From: Marinilabiliales bacterium
GTDB taxonomy: Bacteria > Bacteroidota > Bacteroidia > Bacteroidales > DTU049
Direction: 5' to 3'
Length of the DNA: 52,779 nt
Assembly: GCA_002869435.1 (NCBI GenBank)
Contig: PKSX01000017.1
Coordinates: forward strand, 1-52,779
Shown: positions 18,472 to 27,824 of the stretch, one piece after another
Layout of the letters: every line of letters begins with the position of its first letter
How positions within the stretch are numbered: position 1 is the first letter of the stretch
Translations under genes and position numbers: made by a program
The notes under the pieces: model-generated
Told to the model about the DNA's origin: nothing
Seen by the model: only the letters and a program-made list of their open reading frames with translations
Databases searched by the model: none

Positions 18472-20757
18472 TCAGTGCTTTTCATTTTTCTCCGCCTGAT
18501 AAATGGCATTGGCATACTGGTTCATTTGCGCCACAATTTCTGAAAGTTCCTTATCCATTGCATCCGGAAAGAGTTCTTTTAATTGTTCTATTGCCCGCTC
18601 ATGGGTTTGATGTACCAGATCGTAATCTCCCAAAGCATACCCTTCAAGCATAACTTTAATACTCTGATTCAGAATAGCAACAGCATACAAGCGTTTCATG
18701 TGATTCTCCACAATCAGCTGATACTTACCTGTTTCTTCTTCCCATTTCAGATATGCTTCCTGTTTTACTTCAATACGTTTTCCATTATCAGGCAGAGTAT
18801 ATGACAGAACCATAGTGATGGGTTCTTTTTCGATCTTTGCGGTAGGATGATCGAGCTTAAAATGAAGCAATGTAAATTTCTGGTAACCTGCATACAAATC
18901 ACCGATTTCCACTTTGGCCACCGAATTATTATTACTCGCAATAGGATAACCGTAAAGTGATTGCAGTTTCACCATATCATTATAATAAACCTCAAGTGTG
19001 GCGTCATAGGCCACAGGAGAGATTACTGCCAAAAGCTGCTTTTCAAACAACTCATAAATATCCTTAGATTCACCCGCATGGTGCATTTGTGCTCCGCATT
19101 CCTCGCTTAATAATGATAATAGAGCTGAATTGTAATAGTCTCCTACTCCAACCGTAACCAGATCAATACCTTCAGATGTATATTCTCTTGACATCTCTAC
19201 TACTTTTTTGGGTTCTTCGCTTCCATATCCATCGGTAAGCAGAATAAGAACATTGCTGCGTTCGCTGCTGTAATTAGCCTGTAATTCATCAAAGCCCATT
19301 ACCAGTCCTTTATAAATATTTGTTCCGCCCCCGGGTTCAATCAAAGCAATTTTCTCTCTGAAAGTGCTGCCATTTCCAAATTTTTTCAGCCTCATATCCA
19401 TGGTTGGCTCACTTTCAAAAGTTATCAGAGAAACCATATCCTCTCTGCTCAGTTTCTTACTGAATTTATCGATGGATTCTTTCAAGGCTTCTATTCGGTC
19501 GTATCCGGCCATAGAGCCACTGCGGTCTATTACAAACGCAAGGTTAACCGGCGGTCGTTCGTGCCCGGCAACATTACTTCCCACAGCAAATGCCACCTGA
19601 AGAACAGCTTCTTTCGAATTCGCATTTACAGTACCACTGCCCCACTCAGCATAGACCTCAACCAGATCTTCAGTAGGATCAGGCAATTGTTTTTCTATAA
19701 AATTCTCAAAAGATATCATGAAGTATTCATCTGGTTCGGGAATGAACTCTTCGGGATGTTCAAGCATAGGATCAGGCATATAAGTAAACTCTGCCTGTCC
19801 GTTTCCAATTCCACGCGAATGCATCAGGCTTATCACATCCAGATCCCGGCGAAATTCAAAGTGAATCATGTATTTATAGTCATTAGGAAGCAGAAAACTC
19901 ACCATTCCATTATTATCGGTTTCGCCCATAAACACATACTGCCCGTGTATCTGATCCAGATATACATATTCGTTTGCCGCAGGACTGCCATCACTTCGCT
20001 TAATGGTTAAATCGTACATGGTTCTGGAAGATGAAGACTTTGTAGCATGAGTAATCTTCTGCCTCACAGTATCATTCTTAATTTCTTCAGTGATAACAGT
20101 TGGCTCATATCTCACTTTTAGAGTGTAAATCCCAACCCTGACTATATCACCGGTATTCGTGAGGTCTTTTGCTTCGCCGGCATCAATCGAATAGAAATCA
20201 TCTATTGGAACAAGAAAGACCGCCGTACCCGAACGATTGGTCTTTGCCTTGAATATTTTCTTCTGCTTTAAACTTACCAAAGCTACGTCCACATCGGGCA
20301 AATATTTGTTGTCGGTATTTCGTACTTGCACATCTACCCGTGCATAACCTTCAATAAGTTTAGGGTTTGGGTTGGTTTGCATTTCTTCTTGCAGAGATAT
20401 GTTTTTCCTGCCATCTATAATGGCCTGATGCTTTTTAATCTCTTCAACATTATAAGTTAAACCAAAACTCGCTCTTCCTGATGAACCTTCACCCACACTT
20501 ACCTCTTCATAATTCAGCATTCCGGTAAGATTCACACTCCATTCTCCCGGAGGAACATCAAAACTTACATCTCCTGATGCATTTGTTTTCTTTGTAATGA
20601 CCTCACCACTTTGCTTTTCCTGAAGCCAAACCTTAATACCATTAAGTGCTTTACCATGATTATCATGAACATTAATAGTTAATGTATATGATGACTGCGC
20701 CATTGCAGACATCAAACCCAATACCAATAAAATGGAAAAGATAATTTGCTTTCTCAT
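18472..20757 (-). CDS. Secreted VWA-domain protein (YfbK-like) with three N-terminal carboxypeptidase-regulatory/prealbumin-like Ig domains
   Basis: PVNLAFVIDRSGSM, GGGTNI and LILLTDG MIDAS residues; three ...T(N/D)xxG.V.F repeats at the N-terminus. Confidence 0.85.
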   Translation of the reverse strand: MRKQIIFSILLVLGLMSAMAQSSYTLTINVHDNHGKALNGIKVWLQEKQSGEVITKKTNASGDVSFDVPPGEWSVNLTGMLNYEEVSVGEGSSGRASFGLTYNVEEIKKHQAIIDGRKNISLQEEMQTNPNPKLIEGYARVDVQVRNTDNKYLPDVDVALVSLKQKKIFKAKTNRSGTAVFLVPIDDFYSIDAGEAKDLTNTGDIVRVGIYTLKVRYEPTVITEEIKNDTVRQKITHATKSSSSRTMYDLTIKRSDGSPAANEYVYLDQIHGQYVFMGETDNNGMVSFLLPNDYKYMIHFEFRRDLDVISLMHSRGIGNGQAEFTYMPDPMLEHPEEFIPEPDEYFMISFENFIEKQLPDPTEDLVEVYAEWGSGTVNANSKEAVLQVAFAVGSNVAGHERPPVNLAFVIDRSGSMAGYDRIEALKESIDKFSKKLSREDMVSLITFESEPTMDMRLKKFGNGSTFREKIALIEPGGGTNIYKGLVMGFDELQANYSSERSNVLILLTDGYGSEEPKKVVEMSREYTSEGIDLVTVGVGDYYNSALLSLLSEECGAQMHHAGESKDIYELFEKQLLAVISPVAYDATLEVYYNDMVKLQSLYGYPIASNNNSVAKVEIGDLYAGYQKFTLLHFKLDHPTAKIEKEPITMVLSYTLPDNGKRIEVKQEAYLKWEEETGKYQLIVENHMKRLYAVAILNQSIKVMLEGYALGDYDLVHQTHERAIEQLKELFPDAMDKELSEIVAQMNQYANAIYQAEKNEKH

Positions 20758-20897
20758 ATCCTGTTGTTTTTTAATAAGTGTTTTTTACTCCTGTAACTAT
20801 ATTTAAACGATTAGAAATTATCAATTATTATGTTATTATCTACATCTTGTTATTCAAATATTTACTATTTTTAAACAAAACTATTAGAATCATACAA

Positions 20898-21659
20898 ATG
20901 GAAAAATCAAAAAAGTATTTATGGGTCCTCGTTTTAGCTGCACTAAGCGTTGTGGCATTATATTTAATATTTTCAGATGAGCCGAATGAAAATGAAGTCG
21001 ATAATGAACAAGTCTCAGAAACATCAGATAATGAAGAAGAGAACGACTCCCCTTCAAAAACAAGAAAATCCTTAAATAAATCATCCGATGATATTATCCG
21101 TACCGACGGCTCAAATGTTTTATATATTGGTATTGACAATATAGTTTACATCTCTGTTCCCGAAATAGACAATAATGATCTTCGAGTAAGTATAAATCGT
21201 GGATCAATAAGTCCCTCCGACAGTGGAAAATATATTATAAGGGTCCTCAGCGAAGGGACAGTAACTGTGGAAGTGCTGGCTACCCTTGAAAACGGTACAG
21301 AAAAACTTGCTTCTAAAGATTTCATGGTAAAAGACTTACCGCTTCCCAATCTATACCTGGCAAACCAACATGGTGGCGTTTATAGCATAAATCAAATTGT
21401 ATCGTCACCAGTTCTAACAGCAGAGTACGAAAACATCGATTATGATGTGATATACTCTGTAATTAAATACAAATTCACTTATAAAAACAATCTTGGAGAG
21501 AAAACATCAATTCAAGGCCATGGAAACAGATTAAACCCGCAAATAATATCCATAATACAAAGTTCCTCCCCCGGCTCTCAATTTTGGATAGAGAATGTAG
21601 AAGTCAGAGGTCCGACTGGCAATATCTTTGTTAATAATATTGAGATCCAGATACAGTAA
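20898..21659 (+). CDS. Membrane-anchored protein containing only GldM/PorM C-terminal-like domains
   Basis: TM helix, acidic linker, then NVLYIGIDN.V.ISVP, VKDLPLP, FDY-like NIDYDV, GNRL and IENVEVRGP. Start moved to ATG 20898. Confidence 0.7.
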   Translation: MEKSKKYLWVLVLAALSVVALYLIFSDEPNENEVDNEQVSETSDNEEENDSPSKTRKSLNKSSDDIIRTDGSNVLYIGIDNIVYISVPEIDNNDLRVSINRGSISPSDSGKYIIRVLSEGTVTVEVLATLENGTEKLASKDFMVKDLPLPNLYLANQHGGVYSINQIVSSPVLTAEYENIDYDVIYSVIKYKFTYKNNLGEKTSIQGHGNRLNPQIISIIQSSSPGSQFWIENVEVRGPTGNIFVNNIEIQIQ

Positions 21660-21702
21660 AAGCATAAGTATTATTGATAGTATTTAAACTCTAAATATTG
21701 CT

Positions 21703-22194
21703 ATGAGAATAATCTTATTCTCCTTTTTGACACTCTTCATTATTGCAATATCTTTTGCACAGGTAAACATGTCAGAACCATCTTGCAAAGTCAGAGTCAT
21801 GCAAAAATGGGAACTACTTTCGCAGGAAGGCAAATTCGATGAAGCCATAATTGAACTTAACAGACATATAGACTCAACGGGAAATAAGTCGAAACATCAA
21901 AACTACTGGCATTTAGGTCAATTATATGCCTTTAATAATGATTATGATACTGCAGTGCAATACATGAAGAAGTCTACAAGTATTTTTGACCTGATGTTTG
22001 ATAAGTACTGGCGACTCTATTACAAAGGAACTATTGCATTCCTACAAAGAGATAAAGAAAAATTACAGAAGTATTATTTGAAATTACTGCAACATAACTC
22101 GGCTTATTACGAGAGAAATACTAAAACGCTTGAATCACTGTACCTGAATTTTGATGAGCAGTATTTTGATGCTTATTTTTTCAAAAGCCATTAG
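21703..22194 (+). CDS. Secreted TPR-like protein
   Basis: Signal peptide; EGKFDEAI, YWHLGQLYAFNNDYDTAVQY and YYKGTIAFL helices. Confidence 0.7.
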   Translation: MRIILFSFLTLFIIAISFAQVNMSEPSCKVRVMQKWELLSQEGKFDEAIIELNRHIDSTGNKSKHQNYWHLGQLYAFNNDYDTAVQYMKKSTSIFDLMFDKYWRLYYKGTIAFLQRDKEKLQKYYLKLLQHNSAYYERNTKTLESLYLNFDEQYFDAYFFKSH

Positions 22195-22221
22195 ATATTA
22201 CTATGAAAATCATACCTCAAA

Positions 22222-22283
22222 GGGATTACTCACTTGCTTCGCTCGCTCGTTATACCTTGAGGGGGAGGTTCAACCGACTGATA
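22222..22283. repeat. 62-bp GC-rich direct repeat, copy 1
   Basis: GGGATTACTCACTTGCTTCGCTCGCTCGTTATACCTTGAGGGGGAGGTTCAACCGACTGATA; 2 mismatches to copy 2. Confidence 0.9.
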
Positions 22284-22362
22284 CTTTTTCGCAAGCTTAT
22301 TGCTATTTTAAGCACGTTGACACGAAATACTCGTTCACATTTCTCAATCGTAACCTTAATTC

Positions 22363-22424
22363 GGGATTACTCGCTTGCTTCGCTCGCTCGTTATCCCTTG
22401 AGGGGGAGGTTCAACCGACTGATA
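22363..22424. repeat. 62-bp GC-rich direct repeat, copy 2 (period 141 bp)
   Basis: GGGATTACTCGCTTGCTTCGCTCGCTCGTTATCCCTTGAGGGGGAGGTTCAACCGACTGATA. Confidence 0.9.
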
Positions 22425-22545
22425 TATTTGCGCAATGCGCAAATATATTTGTTTTCCACCCTGTTCGCTCTATCAATCAAGCTTGATCACGAACAGGGTG
22501 GAAAACAAAAAACCACGCTTTCGCGTGGTTTTTATCAGTCGGTTG
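22412..22545. repeat. Nested inverted-repeat block abutting the tRNA 3' end
   Basis: Outer 13-bp IR CAACCGACTGATA/TATCAGTCGGTTG; 13-bp IR at 22422-22448; 20-bp IR at 22448-22467/22490-22509; hairpin at 22508-22533. Confidence 0.85.
22508..22533 (-). terminator. Intrinsic terminator of tRNA-Ser, potentially bidirectional
   Basis: AAAAACCACGC-TTTC-GCGTGGTTTTT, a GAAA tetraloop on the - strand. Confidence 0.8.
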
Positions 22546-22630
22546 CGGAGAAAGAGGGATTCGAACCCCCGGACCCGTGAAGGTCAACGGTTTTCAAGAC
22601 CGCCGCATTCGACCACTCTGCCATTTCTCC
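22546..22630 (-). tRNA. tRNA-Ser(UGA), CCA not encoded
   Basis: GGAGAAATGGCAGAGTGGTCGAATGCGGCGGTC-T-TGA-AA-ACCGT, long variable arm, GGTTCGAATCC, acceptor stem GGAGAAA/TTTCTCC, discriminator G. Confidence 0.97.
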
Positions 22631-22843
22631 GCTGCAAAAGTACAAAACATTTTTAATTTGCAAATCCTTATTGTAAATTTTATCGCAATTTGGCTTCTGA
22701 CTCCCCTTAGACCAGCACAAGCTTATAGACTGTTTGAAAAAATGGCCTGATCAATACATCAGTAAATCAACTCATCAGCATATTAAAATTACTTATATTT
22801 GCCCAAAATCAAGAATATACAAACAAAAAAAGGAGATATCATT

Positions 22844-24067
22844 ATGTCAGAAAAATTGAATTCTGCTCAGTTAATGGAGCTTGAAGACAAGCACGGTGCA
22901 CATAATTATCATCCGCTGCCGGTAGTACTCGAGCGCGGAGAAGGTGCCTACGTATGGGATGTTGAAGGAAAAAAGTATTTTGATTTTCTTTCTGCCTATT
23001 CAGCAGTTAATCAGGGTCACTGCCACCCACGTATTGTTGGAGCTATGGTTGACCAGGCCCGTAAACTTACTCTTACATCACGTGCTTTCTATAACGATTC
23101 ACTGGGTGTATTTGAAAAATATGCCACTGAATTTTTCGGTTTCGACAAGGTTTTACCAATGAACACCGGAGCAGAAGCTGTTGAAACAGCCATAAAGCTC
23201 ACCCGTAAATGGGGATACCAGAAGAAAGGCATTGCTGAAAATCAGGCCAAGATCATCGTTTGTGACGAGAACTTCCACGGACGTACAACCACCATCGTTA
23301 GCTTCTCATCAGATCCTGATGCGTATGCCGAGTATGGTCCGTTTACCCCGGGTTTCCAGCGTATTCCTTACAATAATATTCCGGCACTGGAAGAAGCATT
23401 GGCCGATCCTAACGTAGCCGGATTCCTGGTAGAACCTATCCAGGGTGAAGCCGGTGTTATGGTTCCGGACGAAGGTTATCTGAAAAAAGCATACGATCTG
23501 TGTAAGTCTAAAAACGTTCTTTTCATTGCCGACGAAGTTCAAACCGGTATTGCACGTACAGGTAAACTTCTTGCTGTTGATCACGAAGAAGTAAAACCAG
23601 ACATTCTTATCCTTGGAAAAGCACTCGGTGGAGGTGTATTCCCCGTTTCTGCAGTTTTGGCCAACGACGATATTATGCTTACCATTAAGCCCGGACAGCA
23701 CGGATCTACTTTTGGCGGAAACCCCATTGCAGCCCGCGTTGCAATCGCTGCTCTCGATGTAGTAAAAGACGAAAACCTTTGTGAAAGAGCCGAGCATCTT
23801 GGTAAAATCTTCCGTGATGCTATGGAAGCTATCGACAGCCCCATGATTGAAAAAGTTCGTGGTAAAGGTCTTCTCAATGCTGTTATCATTAAGCCTACCA
23901 ATGGAAAAGAAGCGTGGGATGTTTGTGTAAAAATGGCTGAAAACGGACTTATTGCAAAACCTACACACCAGCATATCATTCGTTTTGCTCCTCCATTGAT
24001 CATCACTGAAGGTCAATTGCAGGATGCCATTGAAATTATCAAAGAATCAATTCTTTCTTTTCAGTAG
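22844..24067 (+). CDS. rocD: Ornithine--oxo-acid aminotransferase
   Basis: [44 protein letters not shown]. Start at ATG 22844; TATATTTG at 22794-22801. Confidence 0.95.
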   Translation: MSEKLNSAQLMELEDKHGAHNYHPLPVVLERGEGAYVWDVEGKKYFDFLSAYSAVNQGHCHPRIVGAMVDQARKLTLTSRAFYNDSLGVFEKYATEFFGFDKVLPMNTGAEAVETAIKLTRKWGYQKKGIAENQAKIIVCDENFHGRTTTIVSFSSDPDAYAEYGPFTPGFQRIPYNNIPALEEALADPNVAGFLVEPIQGEAGVMVPDEGYLKKAYDLCKSKNVLFIADEVQTGIARTGKLLAVDHEEVKPDILILGKALGGGVFPVSAVLANDDIMLTIKPGQHGSTFGGNPIAARVAIAALDVVKDENLCERAEHLGKIFRDAMEAIDSPMIEKVRGKGLLNAVIIKPTNGKEAWDVCVKMAENGLIAKPTHQHIIRFAPPLIITEGQLQDAIEIIKESILSFQ

Positions 24068-24087
24068 GAATTAGATAAATACTATTC

Positions 24088-24123
24088 AGATGCGTATCTT
24101 CATTTTGGAGATGCGCATTTTTT
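24088..24123 (+). terminator. rocD terminator
   Basis: ATGCGTATCTTC-ATTTT-GGAGATGCGCAT followed by a T-run. Confidence 0.7.
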
Positions 24124-24145
24124 ATTTCCCAAACTACCCAATATT

Positions 24146-24622
24146 CTATGTAAACAATTCCTTTACAGAGCTTTTATTCAAATAATACAAGACCACAATT
24201 GCCGGTGATGCATTAGACAATGCGCCAAATAACATAAAAACACCAAAGATTACCGGTAATCCTTCCATTTCAGGAACCTTATTCATTTCATCAAATGGAA
24301 AAAGAGTCATCATAAAAACTGAAAAGCCAAGGACTATAATAAAAGACAAAACTGCAGTAAACATCGCAAATATTCTGGAGATTTCTTTTCTGTTCTTCAA
24401 CATCAGACTTGCAATAATACTCAAAACACCAGACACAAAAAACACCAGGCAAATCAGCGCAAAATTGTCCAGAATAAAATCAAGAAACTCAATCCCCTGT
24501 GAGGGTAGATCTCTTATTATCACGATATTGATAAGTAAGCCAAGTGTATTACTGAATGCCAGGATTATGCCCATAACAAGCATAATCATTCTTACAGTTT
24601 TAATTTCTTTTTCCATTGCCAT
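24146..24622 (-). CDS. Hypothetical membrane protein, about 4 TM helices
   Basis: Four hydrophobic segments; likely start MAMEKEIK. Confidence 0.7.
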   Translation of the reverse strand: MAMEKEIKTVRMIMLVMGIILAFSNTLGLLINIVIIRDLPSQGIEFLDFILDNFALICLVFFVSGVLSIIASLMLKNRKEISRIFAMFTAVLSFIIVLGFSVFMMTLFPFDEMNKVPEMEGLPVIFGVFMLFGALSNASPAIVVLYYLNKSSVKELFT

Positions 24623-24728
24623 AATAAATAAATGAGTACTACTATTTACATTCCAAAGATATGAATTGCGGTGCATAAAAAAAAACAAACGTTTTATTTA
24701 TTACTTTTGCACACGTAAAGCAGAGGCG

Positions 24729-25955
24729 ATGAAACGGAAACTGAATACTATTGAAGAGGTACTCCCCGATCTGAAAGCAGGGAAAGTGATTATTGTGGTA
24801 GATGATGAGGATCGTGAAAACGAGGGCGATTTTGTAACTGCTGCCGAAACCATTACACCGGATACGGTAAATTTTATGGCACGTTACGGCCGTGGACTCA
24901 TTTGTGCCCCGCTCACAACAAGAAGAGCACAGGAACTTGATCTGGAGCTTATGGTGCAAGATAATACATCACTGCATGAAACGCCTTTTACCGTCTCTAT
25001 CGACCTTCTTCGTGATGGCTGTACAACCGGAATCTCAGCTTCCGACCGTGCCAAGACTATTAAGGCCATGTCTGATGATAATTACAAACCAGCTGATTTT
25101 GGTCGACCCGGTCATATTTTCCCATTGCGCGCCCGTGACGGAGGTGTTCTGGAACGTGCAGGTCACACAGAAGCATGTGTTGATATGTGTAAAATTGCAG
25201 GCATGAAACCTGTTGCAGCCCTGGTTGAAATTATGAATGAGGATGGGACTATGGCTCGTCTACCTCAGCTTTTTGAGATTGCCGATAAATTTGACCTCAA
25301 GATAACCTCTGTTAAAGCATTAATTGAATATCGTTTACAAACTGAAACTTTAATCAAAAAAGAAGAAGTTGTGACCATGCCTACTGAGTTTGGAGATTTT
25401 CAATTGCATGCATTTACACAATTAACCAATAACCTTGTTCACCTTGCATTGGTTAAAGGTGATCTTACAGGTAACGAACCTGTTCTGGTACGCGTTCATT
25501 CAAGTTGTGTTACCGGCGATATTTTCGGATCGCATCGTTGCGATTGTGGCCCGCAGTTGCACAGATCTATGCAAATGGTGGAAAATGAAGGACGTGGTGT
25601 GGTTTTGTATATGAATCAGGAAGGTCGTGGTATTGGATTGCTTAATAAACTAAAGACATATCACCTTCAGGAAAACGGACGCGACACCGTTGAAGCAAAT
25701 ATTGAACTGGGGTTTAAAGACGATGAGCGCGACTATGGTGTAGGAGCACAAATTCTTCGTGCACTTGGCATTACAAAAATGCAGCTTATTACAAATAATC
25801 CTGTTAAACGTGTGGGTCTAACCGGCTATGGAATTGAAGTAGTTGAAACTGTTCCACTGATAATTGAACCAAATCCACATAACCAGTTTTATTTGGAAAC
25901 CAAGCGCCTTAAAATGGGTCACCAGATGGACTTTGGGAAGACGGAGGAGGAATAA
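24729..25955 (+). CDS. ribBA: Bifunctional DHBP synthase / GTP cyclohydrolase II
   Basis: [23 protein letters not shown]; [26 protein letters not shown]. Start at ATG 24729. Confidence 0.96.
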   Translation: MKRKLNTIEEVLPDLKAGKVIIVVDDEDRENEGDFVTAAETITPDTVNFMARYGRGLICAPLTTRRAQELDLELMVQDNTSLHETPFTVSIDLLRDGCTTGISASDRAKTIKAMSDDNYKPADFGRPGHIFPLRARDGGVLERAGHTEACVDMCKIAGMKPVAALVEIMNEDGTMARLPQLFEIADKFDLKITSVKALIEYRLQTETLIKKEEVVTMPTEFGDFQLHAFTQLTNNLVHLALVKGDLTGNEPVLVRVHSSCVTGDIFGSHRCDCGPQLHRSMQMVENEGRGVVLYMNQEGRGIGLLNKLKTYHLQENGRDTVEANIELGFKDDERDYGVGAQILRALGITKMQLITNNPVKRVGLTGYGIEVVETVPLIIEPNPHNQFYLETKRLKMGHQMDFGKTEEE

Positions 25956-26046
25956 TTGATCTACCGCAGATTCGGCTGATAAATAGTAATTTTATTTTGC
26001 CAACGACTTCATGACAACTCGTACCTCGTTGACGATGGAGTGATGG

Positions 26047-26088
26047 CATACAAAAAACGGAACATCTTACGACATTCCGTTTTCGTAT
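26047..26088. terminator. Hairpin between convergent ribBA and pepD
   Basis: CATACAAAAAACGGAA...TTCCGTTTTCGTATG imperfect inverted repeat. Confidence 0.55.
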
Positions 26089-26104
26089 GTATATAAGTTT
26101 CAGG

Positions 26105-27565
26105 TTACTTAGCCGGCGCATTTTCAAGGACTTTCACTGTAAAATCCCAGAATTTCTTAACGGTTTCAATATTCACTTTCTCATCCGGGCTATGCGGATA
26201 ACGAATAGTAGGGCCAAATGAAATCATATCCCAGTTTGGATATACTGCACCAAGAAGTCCACATTCGAGTCCTGCATGAATGGCTTTGATCTCTGGAATT
26301 ACACCATACATACTTTGATATGTTTCGCGACAAGATTTCAGAATTGCACTTTCAGGATTTGGTTTCCATCCCGGATACTCACCATCGAGCACAACATTAG
26401 CACCAGCCAATTCAAATGCACTCTTAATGGCCTCACCAACAGCATACTTTGCAGAATCTACAGAGCTACGCATCAAACAATTAACGATCAACTCGCCGTT
26501 GTCAGTCTTCATAATGGCCAAATTACTTGATGTTTCAACCAATCCTTCCATTTCATTACTCATACGAAGAACTCCGTTAGGACATGTATAAACTGAACGT
26601 GAGAAATTAAGCATCGTTTGAGGCTCAATTACATTAGCCGGCATATCGGTTTCCTTAGCAATGAAGCTCAGATCAGGCTCGGTTGCAGCGAGCTCGCTTT
26701 TAAATGTTTTTTCATACTCAGCAATACACTCCATGAATTTTACTTTATTCTCAGCAGGGATAGTTACAACAGCAAAAGCTTCACGAGGAATTGCATTTCT
26801 GAGGCTTCCGCCATTAAGACTGGCCACCATAAGACCGTGCTTATCCATAGCATGTTTTATATAGCGATTCATCAGTTTATTTGCATTGCCGCGTCCCAAA
26901 GGAATATCCATACCTGAGTGTCCGCCTTTCAGTCCTGTAAGCTCCAGACTAAATGCAATATGTCCCGCAGGAACTTCAACTGTGTTGTACTTCAGTGATA
27001 CATTGGCATCCATTCCACCGGCACAACCAATATACATTTCGCCTTCGTCTTCGCTATCCATATTTACTAGAATGTCACCTTTGAGAATTCCCGCTTCGAG
27101 TCCGAAAGCACCTGTCATTCCGGTTTCTTCGTCGATGGTAAAAAGTGCTTCAACCAAACCGTGTTTCAGGTCTTTACTGGCTAGCACAGCCATTGCAGCA
27201 GCAACACCCATTCCATTATCAGCACCAAGTGTAGTACCATCGGCAGTAACCCACTCACCATCTATAATAGCATCGATAGGATCTTTGGTAAAATCGAAAT
27301 CTTTATCGCTGTTTTTCTGCGGAACCATATCGAGGTGGCCCTGCAGAACCATACCTTTTCTATTCTCCATACCCGGAGTGGCCGGCTTACGAATAATCAC
27401 GTTTCCAACTTTATCCACAATGGTTTCGAGTCCTAAGGACTCGCCAAAGTTCTTCATATATTCAATAACAGCGCCTTCGTGTTTTGACGGGCGCGGAATC
27501 TGGGTCAACTCATAGAAATAATTCCACAATGCCTTCGGTTCCAGGTTTTTAATGTCAGTACTCAT
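26105..27565 (-). CDS. pepD: Aminoacyl-histidine dipeptidase (M20C)
   Basis: IPRPSKHE, LQGHLDMV, TTLGADNG, DEETG, GGHSG, IHAGLECG, PHSPDE. Confidence 0.95.
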   Translation of the reverse strand: MSTDIKNLEPKALWNYFYELTQIPRPSKHEGAVIEYMKNFGESLGLETIVDKVGNVIIRKPATPGMENRKGMVLQGHLDMVPQKNSDKDFDFTKDPIDAIIDGEWVTADGTTLGADNGMGVAAAMAVLASKDLKHGLVEALFTIDEETGMTGAFGLEAGILKGDILVNMDSEDEGEMYIGCAGGMDANVSLKYNTVEVPAGHIAFSLELTGLKGGHSGMDIPLGRGNANKLMNRYIKHAMDKHGLMVASLNGGSLRNAIPREAFAVVTIPAENKVKFMECIAEYEKTFKSELAATEPDLSFIAKETDMPANVIEPQTMLNFSRSVYTCPNGVLRMSNEMEGLVETSSNLAIMKTDNGELIVNCLMRSSVDSAKYAVGEAIKSAFELAGANVVLDGEYPGWKPNPESAILKSCRETYQSMYGVIPEIKAIHAGLECGLLGAVYPNWDMISFGPTIRYPHSPDEKVNIETVKKFWDFTVKVLENAPAK

Positions 27566-27643
27566 GTTTTTACTTTAGTTTTTAGTTTTTTCAAAGGTAA
27601 TAATTTTGGCTGGAAAATGAAGCTGAATTTACTGAAATAAAGA

Positions 27644-27670
27644 AAAGGCAGCCTGGGGAGGACTGCCTTT
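27644..27670 (-). terminator. Intrinsic terminator downstream of the large T9SS gene
   Basis: - strand AAAGGCAGTC-CTCCCCA-GGCTGCCTTTT. Confidence 0.7.
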
Positions 27671-27824
27671 GATTCTTGGGGGTTTGTTTTGTAGGTTTAA
27701 TTGTATTAAATAAAGCGGTTCAAGTTTTTGTATCGAGTGGAATACTTCTTCCTTTCCGCTTCTGTAATAATATTAATGTATAGAATATTCTTGAATTTGC
27801 ATTCGGGGTTTATTTCTGTCTGTT

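Noticed and set aside
22222-22424. 62-bp repeats as a CRISPR array
   Set aside because: Only two units, repeat and spacer (79 bp) are too long, and there are no cas genes.
14400-22545. Intact integrative element or integron at tRNA-Ser
   Set aside because: No integrase, no duplicated tRNA 3' end found by eye, no attC-like repeats, and mixed gene orientation.
22151-22720. ORFs 22151-22486, 22203-22580, 22435-22656 and 22535-22720
   Set aside because: They run through the repeats and the tRNA; their duplicated peptides are just translated DNA repeats.
23309-24016. Long antisense ORFs opposite rocD (similarly 26886-27515 opposite pepD and 47641-48333 opposite ugd)
   Set aside because: Shadow frames of conserved genes with no recognisable motifs.
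24623-24728. FMN riboswitch upstream of ribBA
   Set aside because: The region is short and AT-rich and lacks RFN motifs; a -7 box (TACTTTTG) lies about 20 nt before the start.
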